Positions 1-7,000 of a stretch of DNA of 13,491 nucleotides are shown here, piece after piece. The notes below the pieces were generated by a model. It searched no databases and was not told the origin of the DNA. It was given only the letters and a program-made list of their open reading frames with translations. Numbering within the stretch: the first letter of the stretch is position 1; each line of letters starts with the position of its first letter. Position numbers and translations under genes: made by a program. This DNA is from Myxococcales bacterium. Lineage in GTDB: Bacteria > Myxococcota > Myxococcia > Myxococcales > Anaeromyxobacteraceae. The DNA is taken from positions 1 through 13,491 of the forward strand of contig JBBQEB010000106.1 in assembly GCA_038320275.1 (NCBI GenBank), in the 5' to 3' direction.

Positions 1-369
1 GGAGGTGAGCCGCCGCGCGGCGCCCACGAGCATGAGCCCGCGCCCGCAGCCCACGTCGAGCACCCGCTCCGCGCCCGTGAAGCCCGCGAGGTCGAGGATG
101 CGCTCCCGGTCGCGGAGCTTCCCGACCCGGCTGTCCCAGTAACTCCAGGCAGCCATGAAGCCGAAGCCCAGCGCCGGCCAGCGGGCCATGCGGCCCAGCG
201 GGAACAGGATCTCCGCCCCGCCCACCTGAGCGGAGAGCACCCCGGACCAGAGGCCGAGGGCGACGGACGCCCACAGGAGCACGCAGCCGACGGCGACGGC
301 GGCGAGGTTCCTGATGACCTTCGGCGCGTCGACGCCGTAGTCCGGCCGTGGCACGGGGCGCGGGCTCAC
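1..369 (-). CDS. Class I SAM-dependent methyltransferase with N-terminal hydrophobic/TM segments (3' end outside window)
   Basis: Not in the ORF track; translated by hand from GTG at 369: MSPRPVPRPDYGVDAPKVIRNLAAVAVGCVLLWASVALGLWSG...WPALGFGFMAAWSYWDSRVGKLRDRERILDLAGFTGAERVLDVGCGRGLMLVGAARRLTS. Contains SAM motif I (VLDVGCGRG). The start overlaps the upstream stop (GTGA, 369-366). The frame is open to position 1. Confidence 0.9.
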   Translation of the reverse strand, partial: MSPRPVPRPDYGVDAPKVIRNLAAVAVGCVLLWASVALGLWSGVLSAQVGGAEILFPLGRMARWPALGFGFMAAWSYWDSRVGKLRDRERILDLAGFTGAERVLDVGCGRGLMLVGAARRLTS

Positions 370-638
370 GGCCCGAACCTCTCCTTCAGCTTCGCGAAGT
401 GGCGGCGGCTCGCGGGCACGTCCTCGCCGGACTTCGTCTTCAGCACGGTGTCGCGCGGGCCCTCGCGCACGATCTGGAGGAGGAAGAGGGCGTCCGGCTC
501 GTGCGCACGCACGGCCCTTAGCGCCTCGAGCGCGTTTGCGCACGCTCGTCTGGATGCCCTGCACCGCCAGGTGCTGAGGCGCTTCTCCCGCCCGAGCTCG
601 CCGAGAGCGAGCTCGACGTGCGCATGGACCGGCTTCAC
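366..638 (-). pseudogene. Internally deleted LytTR-family (BtsR/YehT/LytT-like) response regulator remnant, possibly preceded by LytS-like kinase fragments
   Basis: CANALEALRAVRAHEPDALFL (542-480) resembles a REC segment ending just before the phosphoacceptor Asp. It is joined directly to LQIVREGPRDTVLKTKSGEDVPASRRHFAKLKERFGP, a typical LytTR C-terminus (G-x-x-V-P-x-S-R-R-x-x-x-x-L-K). The ORF is only 90 aa, versus roughly 240 aa for an intact protein. Confidence 0.7.
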
Positions 639-672
639 TGACCCCGCCGTCCCCGCGCCTTAGAACGCCGAC

Positions 673-1443
673 ATGGACCTCGGTCTGGCCGGCAAGGTGG
701 CGGTGGTCACGGGCGGCAGCCGCGGCATCGGCCGGGCGATCGCGCTCGAGCTCGCCCGCGAGGGCGCGCGCGTCGCGATCGGCGCGCGAGGCGAGGAGGC
801 GCTCGCGGCGGCGCTGCGCGACCTCCACGCCGCGGGGCCGGGGCCGCACCTCGCCGTCGCGGCCGACCTCCTCGCGCCAGAGGGCATCGAGGCGCTCGTC
901 GGGAGGGCGGTCGGCGCCCTGGGCGACCTCGACGTGCTCGTGAACAACGTGGGCGGCTCCGGCGCGCGCACGCTCGCCGCGGCCGACGAGGCCGACTTCC
1001 GCGCGGTGATGGACCGGAACCTCGGCCCGGCGCTGCGCGCGAGCCTGCGCGCCCTCCCCGAGCTGCGGAGGCGAGGCGGCGGCTCCATCGTGATGGTCAC
1101 GTCCACCTGGGGGCGGGAGGCGGGCGGCGGTCCTTCCTACAACGTGGCGAAGGCCGCCGAGCTGAGCCTCGCGAAGGCGCTCGGGCGCGAGCTCGCCGCC
1201 GACGGCATCCGCGTGAATAGCGTGGCGCCGGGGTCCATCCTGTTTCCGGGCGGCGGCTGGGAGCGCCGCTTCGCCGGGGACCCGGACGGCATGGCCGAGT
1301 TCATCCGGCGCGAGCTCCCGGGCGGGCGGTTCGGGAAGCCGGAGGAGGTCGCGCGGGTGGTCGCCTTCCTCGCCTCTCCCTGCGCGAGCTGGGTCAACGG
1401 GGCGTGCTGGGTGGTGGACGGGGAGCAGAGCAGGTCCTTCTGA
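673..1443 (+). CDS. Short-chain dehydrogenase/reductase (SDR, FabG-like NAD(P)-dependent oxidoreductase)
   Basis: 256 aa. Has the TGGSRGIG Rossmann motif, NNVG, catalytic S...YNVAK, VNSVAPG, and a C-terminal GRFGKPEEVA...VDG. Codon third positions are strongly G/C. Confidence 0.95.
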   Translation: MDLGLAGKVAVVTGGSRGIGRAIALELAREGARVAIGARGEEALAAALRDLHAAGPGPHLAVAADLLAPEGIEALVGRAVGALGDLDVLVNNVGGSGARTLAAADEADFRAVMDRNLGPALRASLRALPELRRRGGGSIVMVTSTWGREAGGGPSYNVAKAAELSLAKALGRELAADGIRVNSVAPGSILFPGGGWERRFAGDPDGMAEFIRRELPGGRFGKPEEVARVVAFLASPCASWVNGACWVVDGEQSRSF

Positions 1444-1463
1444 CCCGCGCACCCTCTCGGCGT

Positions 1464-1574
1464 GACTCCGACCTGCTGGAGCGCTTCCGCTTCAAGCTGT
1501 TTCGCGAGGCGCTGCGGCTCTCCTACTCGAGCGCGGTGCTCGCGGGCGGCGCCGGGGTCGAGGCGGCGCCCTGA
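1464..1574 (+). pseudogene. Start-less 3' fragment of an unidentified gene
   Basis: The frame reads DSDLLERFRFKLFREALRLSYSSAVLAGGAGVEAAP*. Almost every codon ends in G/C and the composition is protein-like. There is no start codon between the SDR stop and this segment. Confidence 0.4.
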
Positions 1575-2176
1575 GCTCCTCGCGGCGCGGAGCCGCCGGG
1601 GCGGGCCGCGAAGAGCCGCACCACGCCCAGCGCGCGCCGCGTCTCCTGGAGCACCTCGAACCCCGCCGCCGCGACGGCGGCCTCGGTGTCGCGGTTCGGC
1701 CTGCAGCCACCCGCGAGCCGCGTCCACGCCGGCTGCACCAGATCCTGGACCCGCGCGCGGAGCCGGCCCGACGCGCGGACGTGCTCCAGCATGCGGAGAC
1801 ACCCGCCAGGCGCGAGCACCCGCCTCACCTCCGCGAGGTCGCGCGGCACGTCGTCGACGGTACAGAAGACGAGGCCGGAGACCACCGTGTCGAAGGCGCC
1901 GTCGCGGAACGGGAGCGCCTCGGCGCGCGCCTGGACAAGGGGGATGCCGGGGGCGCGGCGGCGGGCGCGCTCGAGGTTGCCCGGCCACGGATCGACGCCC
2001 ACCGCGCGGACGCCCGGAGCGAGGTGTGGCAGCGTGCGGCCCGTCCCGCAGCCGAGGTCGAGGGTGCGCCCGCGTGCTCCCTCGGCGAGCGCGAGGCGCC
2101 AGCTTCCGAACCCCCCGTGCTCCGACAGCGCCATGAAGGCGTCGTACGCCCACGGGATCTGCTCGAGACCTCTCAT
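1523..2176 (-). CDS. Class I SAM-dependent methyltransferase (Methyltransf_11 / UbiE-like)
   Basis: Likely start is ATG 2176 after a G-rich SD (GAGGGGGG): MRGLEQIPWAYDAFMALSE. Motifs LDLGCGTG, AEALPFRDGAFDTVV, LAEVRRVLAPGG, LEHVR and GGCRPNRDT are present. 217 aa, ending in a low-complexity tail. Confidence 0.92.
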   Translation of the reverse strand: MRGLEQIPWAYDAFMALSEHGGFGSWRLALAEGARGRTLDLGCGTGRTLPHLAPGVRAVGVDPWPGNLERARRRAPGIPLVQARAEALPFRDGAFDTVVSGLVFCTVDDVPRDLAEVRRVLAPGGCLRMLEHVRASGRLRARVQDLVQPAWTRLAGGCRPNRDTEAAVAAAGFEVLQETRRALGVVRLFAARPGGSAPRGAQGAASTPAPPASTALE

Positions 2177-2262
2177 CCCGCCCCCCTCGACCGCGCCGCC
2201 CGCCGCTCGCGGGCGCGTGCTGAGTAACCGGAAGCCCTCCCGCCCGCAGATCACTTGGGTAG

Positions 2263-2291
2263 TTGACATCCGTCGCACCCTTGCATAACTT
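2263..2291 (+). promoter_or_regulatory. Sigma70-type promoter of the ArsR operon
   Basis: TTGACA (2263-2268), a 17-bp spacer, then TAACTT (2286-2291). The ATG at 2299 lies 7 nt downstream, consistent with a leaderless start. Confidence 0.75.
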
Positions 2292-2317
2292 ATCCGTTAT
2301 GGAACACCGTAGTTATG
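2284..2317. promoter_or_regulatory. Putative ArsR autoregulatory operator (tandem palindromes)
   Basis: A perfect inverted repeat CATAAC-N6-GTTATG (2284-2301) overlaps the -10 and the start codon. An imperfect second copy, tggAAC-N6-GTTATG (2300-2317), is offset by 16 bp. Confidence 0.7.
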
Positions 2318-2685
2318 AACTAGCAATCTCAAAGCGTCTGGACATGACGTTCGCCGCGTTAGCCAATCCCACGCGGCGGGCGATCCTGGCGCGCCTGGCG
2401 TCGGGCGAGGTGTCGGTGAACGAACTGGCCGAACCCTTCTCGATGAGTCAGCCGGCGGTCTCGCGGCATCTCAAGGTGCTCGAACATGCAGGCTTGATCT
2501 CGTCTGGCAGCGATGCGCAGCGGCGACCGCGCAAGCTCGAGGCGCGCCCGCTCGCTGAAGCGAACGAGTGGTTGGAGAGGTATCGCGAGTATTGGGAGGC
2601 TTCCTTCGCGCGCCTCGACGGCTTGCTGAGCGAGTTGAAAGTCGCGGAAACGAAACGCAAGCGCCCCGCTCCCAGGAAGCGGTAA
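2299..2685 (+). CDS. ArsR/SmtB family transcriptional regulator (SRPBCC-associated type)
   Basis: MEHRSYELAISKRLDMTFAALANPTRRAILARL...VNELAEPFSMSQPAVSRHLKVLEHAGLI...WLERYREYWEASFARLDGLL, a winged HTH. It has no Cys, so it lacks a Cys-based metal site. The start was placed at ATG 2299 because the track's TTG 2263 is the -35 box. 128 aa. Confidence 0.93.
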   Translation: MEHRSYELAISKRLDMTFAALANPTRRAILARLASGEVSVNELAEPFSMSQPAVSRHLKVLEHAGLISSGSDAQRRPRKLEARPLAEANEWLERYREYWEASFARLDGLLSELKVAETKRKRPAPRKR

Positions 2686-2695
2686 AGGAGTCTCG

Positions 2696-3196
2696 ATGTT
2701 CTTCCCCGATAGCTTCAAGGTGTGGACACCCAGTGATTGCGAGATCCAGGTGACTCGCAATTTCGACGCACCGCGACGGCTGGTGTTCGATGCATTCACG
2801 AAGCCGCAACTCGTCCGTCGCTGGCTACTCGGCCCCCCTGGGTGGAGCATGCCGCTGTGCGAGATCGACCTGCGCGTCGGCGGCACCTATCGCTACGTCT
2901 GGCATTCCGAACAGGATGGAGCACAGATGGCCATGGGCGGCTTATTCCGCGAGGTTGTTCCACTCGAACGTATCGTTGCCACCGAGAAGTTCGACGATGC
3001 CTGGTACCCGGGCGAAGCCCTGGACACGACGGTGTTCGAGGAGATCCGCGACATCACCAGGACCACGATCACCATCCTGTACGAATCGAAAGAAGCCCGC
3101 GATACGGCACGTCGCTCCGGCATGGAGCATGGTATGGCCGCAGGGTACGATCGACTCGAAAACTTGTTGCAAACGTTGGCCGGGGAGCCCACGTGA
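2696..3196 (+). CDS. SRPBCC / AHSA1 (activator of Hsp90 ATPase homolog 1-like, CalC-like) ligand-binding protein
   Basis: AAGGAG SD precedes it. Motifs TRNFDAPRRLVFDAFTKPQLVRRW, CEIDLRVGGTYRYVW and the C-terminal helix GMEHGMAAGYDRLENLL are typical of AHSA1-like proteins. 166 aa. Confidence 0.93.
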   Translation: MFFPDSFKVWTPSDCEIQVTRNFDAPRRLVFDAFTKPQLVRRWLLGPPGWSMPLCEIDLRVGGTYRYVWHSEQDGAQMAMGGLFREVVPLERIVATEKFDDAWYPGEALDTTVFEEIRDITRTTITILYESKEARDTARRSGMEHGMAAGYDRLENLLQTLAGEPT

Positions 3197-3657
3197 TTGA
3201 ACTCCCGCAAGTTATCGTGACCACCGCTCAACAGGTCGCCACCCTTCACATCGAGACGCCACGCTCGCAGATGCAGCACGTCATGGGGCCGGGCCTCAGC
3301 GAGGCGATGGCTGCTGCGAAGGCGCAAGGCATCGGCCCGGTCGGACCGTGGTTTGCGCATCACCTGAAGATGACCTCCGAGGCTTTCGATCTCGACATCT
3401 GCGTGCCGGTGTCGGCACCCGTCACGGCCGTCGGCCGCGTCAAGCCTTGGAAGCGTCCTGCGCTCAAAGTGCTGCGCACCATCTATCATGGCCCTTACGA
3501 GGGACTCGGCAGCGCGTGGCACGAGTTTGGCGGTTGGATGAAAGCCAACGGGTACAAGACGGCGGGCGATCTTTACGAGTGCTATCTCGTCGGCCCGGAA
3601 TCGAATCCCGATTCGGCCACGTGGCGCACGGAGCTCAGCCGGCCGGTGATCGAATAG
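3193..3657 (+). CDS. GyrI-like small-molecule-binding domain protein
   Basis: GTG 3193 overlaps the SRPBCC stop (GTGA). The sequence MIELPQVIVTTAQQVA...GPWFAHH...FDLDICVPV...YHGPYEGLGSAWHEFGGWMKANG...LYECYLVGP...WRTEL fits the GyrI-like/AraC effector-binding fold. 154 aa. The longer track ORF 2737..3657 is an artefactual extension. Confidence 0.9.
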   Translation: MIELPQVIVTTAQQVATLHIETPRSQMQHVMGPGLSEAMAAAKAQGIGPVGPWFAHHLKMTSEAFDLDICVPVSAPVTAVGRVKPWKRPALKVLRTIYHGPYEGLGSAWHEFGGWMKANGYKTAGDLYECYLVGPESNPDSATWRTELSRPVIE

Positions 3658-3728
3658 AAAGAAGGAGCCATTCCGGTCCACCCGCCCCACAGTTCCCGTC
3701 CGAGGAGATAACTGAAGAAGTTGGGGCT

Positions 3729-3857
3729 CTCGAGCCGGTGAGCCGTGTGCCGCAGCCCGCCCGGCGTGAAGTCCTTCCCCCCGCAGGGCTCCGTCGAGGT
3801 CCGGCCGCTCACCTTCCACTCCGCGACCCGCTTCGGCCACGTCTCCCGATCGGTCAC
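3729..3857 (-). pseudogene. tnpA: IS66-family accessory protein TnpA, N-terminal fragment
   Basis: MTDRETWPKRVAEWKVSGRTSTEPCGGKDFTPGGLRHTAHRLE matches the IS66 TnpA HTH pattern (W..RV..W..SG....FC......L..W..RL), with conserved F and W positions degraded. Similarity stops at about 3729. No tnpB or tnpC follows. Confidence 0.75.
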
Positions 3858-3917
3858 GCGCGCCAGTCTGCGGCGCGCGCGTCATGCCTGCCAGACGGGG
3901 TCTGGTGCAGCGGATAC
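3729..3917 (-). mobile_element. IS66-family element left-end remnant
   Basis: The minus strand from 3917 reads GTATCCGCTGCACCAGACCCCGTCT, resembling IS66 terminal repeats (GTA-x-x-C-G...CCGTCT). It starts 60 nt upstream of the tnpA start. Confidence 0.65.
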
Positions 3918-4024
3918 CCAGACAGGTGGCAGGTAGAGCTTCTCCGCACGGCAGCGCGCTTCATGCGCTCGTCGGGGCGGTCGTAGCGGGCGGTGCTGGT
4001 CACCTCGGCGTGGCCAGCGAACGC
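3918..4024 (-). pseudogene. Tyrosine recombinase/integrase C-terminal remnant
   Basis: The minus strand reads AFAGHAEVTSTARYDRPDERMKRAA, then after a frameshift AEKLYLPPVW. This matches the box II (L/A)GH-x-x-x-x-x-T-x-x-Y and the YDR...KRxAxExLxxP tail of XerC/D-like integrases. The catalytic Tyr codon is at 3985-3983. Confidence 0.75.
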
Positions 4025-4062
4025 CCAGCCCCGCGCGCGCGGCCCCGCCCCCTCCGCCTCCT

Positions 4063-7000
4063 TCAGGCGAGGACGACGAGGAGGTCCTCCTTCTCCACCT
4101 TGGCGCCCTCGGCGAGCTTCACCTCGAGGACCTCCCCGTCGCGCTTCGCCTTCACGCTCGTCTCCATCTTCATCGCCTCGGTGACGAGCAGCACCTGGCC
4201 GGCCTTCACCGCCTGCCCGGGCCGCACGCTGAGCTTCACGATCTTGCCCGGCATCGGGGCGCCGACGTGGCTGGCGTTGCCCGGCTCGGCCTTGGCCCGC
4301 GCCTCCTCGCGCGCCTCCTTCTCGTCGCGCACGAGCACCGTCCGGCCCTCGCCGTTCAGCTCGAAGAAGACCTCGCGCGTGCCGTCCTTCGCCACCGGGC
4401 CCACGGTGACGAGCTTCACGATGAGGGTCTTGCCGGGCTCGATCTCGATCGAGACCTCCTGGCCCTGGTCGAGGCCGTAGAGGAAGTGACGGGTGGGGAG
4501 CACCGAGGTGTCGGAGTAGGTGGCGCGGTGGCGCTCCAACTCGGCGTAGACACCGGGGTAGAGCAGCCACGAGACCAGCCCCTCGTCGCCTACCGGGTGG
4601 CCCACCCGCTCCTCCGCGCGCTGGCGCGCCGCCGCGAGGTCCGCCGGCTCGAGGAGCTCGCCCGGGCGGACGTGGATGGGCTGCTCGCCCTTGAGCACGA
4701 TCTCCTGCAGCCCCGGCGGCCAGCCGCCGTGCGGCTGCCCGAGCATGCCCTTGAACATCCCCACCACCGACTCGGGGAAGGAGAGCTCGCTCCCGCGGCG
4801 GAGGACGTCGTCGGGGGTGAGGCCGTTCTTCACCAGGTACATGGCCATGTCCCCCACCACCTTCGACGACGGAGTCACCTTGACGATGTCGCCGAAGAGC
4901 AGGTTCACCCTCCGGTACATCTCCTTGCACTCCTCCCAGCGGTCGAGGAGCCCGAGCCCGGCCACCTGCGGCTTGAAGTTGGAGTACTGGCCGCCCGGGA
5001 TCTCGTGCCGGTAGACCTCGGCGGTGCCGCTGCGGAGGCCCGACTCGAAGGGCGCGTACCACTCGCGCACCGTCTCCCAGTAGGCCGCGAGCGCCTGCAG
5101 CCCGTCCTCGTCGAGCCCGGTATCGCGGTCCGTTCCCTTCAGCACGGCCGCGAGCGTGTTGAGCGAAGGCTGCGAGGTGAGGCCGGAGAGCGGCGCCAGC
5201 GCCGCGTCCACGACGTCGACACCCGCCTGCGCCGCCTCGAGCAGGGTCGCGCCGGCGAAGCCGGAGGTGTCGTGGGTGTGGAGGTGGACCGGGATTCCCA
5301 CCTCCTCCTTCAGCGCGCGCACGAGCTTGCGGGCCGCGAAGGGCTTGAGGAGCCCGGCCATGTCCTTCACGCCGAGGAAGTGCGCGCCCATGCGCTCGAG
5401 CTCCCTCGCGAGCCCGACGTAGTAGGAGAGCGGGTACTTGTCCCGCTTCGGGTCGGTGATGTCGCCCGTGTAGCACAGGGCGCCCTCGCACACCTTCCCG
5501 CTCCGGCGCACCGCCTCCATCGCCACCGCCATCCCCTTCGTCCAGTTGAGCGCGTCGAAGACGCGGAAGACATCCACGCCGGCCTCCGCCGCCAGCTCGA
5601 CGAAGCGCGCCACCACGTTGTCGGGGTAGTTCGTGTACCCGACCGCGTTGGAGCCGCGGAGCAGCATCTGCAGGAGCACGTTGGGGATGGCGTCGGAGAG
5701 GCGGTACAGCCGCTCCCAGGGATCCTCCTTGAGGAAGCGCATGGCGACGTCGAAGGTCGCCCCGCCCCACAGCTCGAGCGAGAACAGCCCCGACGCGAGG
5801 CGCGCGGTGGCGGGCGCGATGGCGAGGAGGTCGTGGCCGCGCACGCGGGTGGCGAGGAGCGACTGGTGCGCGTCGCGCATGGTGGTGTCGGTGACGAGGA
5901 GCCGCTTCTGCGCGAGCGTCCACCGGACGAGCGCCTCGGGGCCGCCCTCGCGGAGGAGGTCGCGGGTGCCCTTGGCCGGCGCCGCCGCCGGGTCGAGCCG
6001 CGGGATGGGAGCGTCGCGCAGCCTGGAGGCCTCCAGGCGGTGGGGCACGCCGGGCGCGCCGTTCACCACCACCTCGCCCAGGTACTGGAGCAGCTTCGAG
6101 CCGCGGTCCTTCCGCCCCGGCACCTGCATCAGCTCCGGGTGGCCGTCGATGAAGGACGTGTCGCAGCGCCCAGCGAGGAAGTCCTCGTGGGTGACCAGGT
6201 TCTCCAGGAAGGGAATGTTCGTCTTGACCCCGCGGATGCGGAACTCGCGCAGGCAGCGGTCCATGATGCGGGCCGACTCGACAAAGGAGAGGCCCCAGGT
6301 GCTCACCTTGGCGAGCAGCGAGTCGTAGTGCGGGGTGATGACCGCGCCGCCGTAAGCGCTGCCGGCGTCGAGGCGCACGCCGGTGCCGCCCGGCGACCGG
6401 TACGAGCGGAGCACGCCGGTGTCGGGCGCGAAGCCGTTCATCGGGTCCTCGGTGGTGACGCGGCACTGGATGGCGTGGCCGCGGATCTCGACGGCGCGCT
6501 GGTCGGGGATGCCGAGGTCGGCGAGCGTTTCTCCTCCGGCGATGCGGAGCTGCGCCTGCACCAGGTTCCGCCCGGTGATCATCTCGGTGACGGTGTGCTC
6601 CACCTGGATGCGCGGGTTCATCTCGATGAAGTAGAAGCGCCCCGCCCGGTCGAGCAGGAACTCGCAGGTCCCAGCGCTGCGATAGCGCACGGCCCGGGTG
6701 AGCGTCAGCGCAGCCTCGCAGATGGCCGCGCGAAGCCCGGGGTCGAGGCCGAGCGCCGGTGCGAACTCCACCACCTTCTGGTGGCGGCGCTGGATAGAGC
6801 AGTCGCGCTCGTAGAGGTGCACCAGGTTCCCGTGGGCGTCGCCCAGGACCTGCACCTCGATGTGCTTCGGGCGGTCGACGTACCGCTCGATGAAGACCGT
6901 CGCGTCGCCGAACGCCGCCAGCGCCTCGCTCCGCGCCGCGGGCAGCCCGTCGAGGAGGCCTTGCCGATCCCGGGCCACCCGCATCCCGCGGCCGCCGCCG

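Noticed and set aside
2177..2298. Upstream starts for the methyltransferase (2278) and ArsR (TTG 2263)
   Set aside because: They would overlap each other and the promoter. The TTG is the -35 box, and the methyltransferase has an SD before ATG 2176.
2737..3192. Apparent 306-aa fusion ORF ending in the GyrI domain
   Set aside because: The first half is an out-of-frame overlap of the SRPBCC gene, and the GTGA overlap at 3193-3196 marks the true start.
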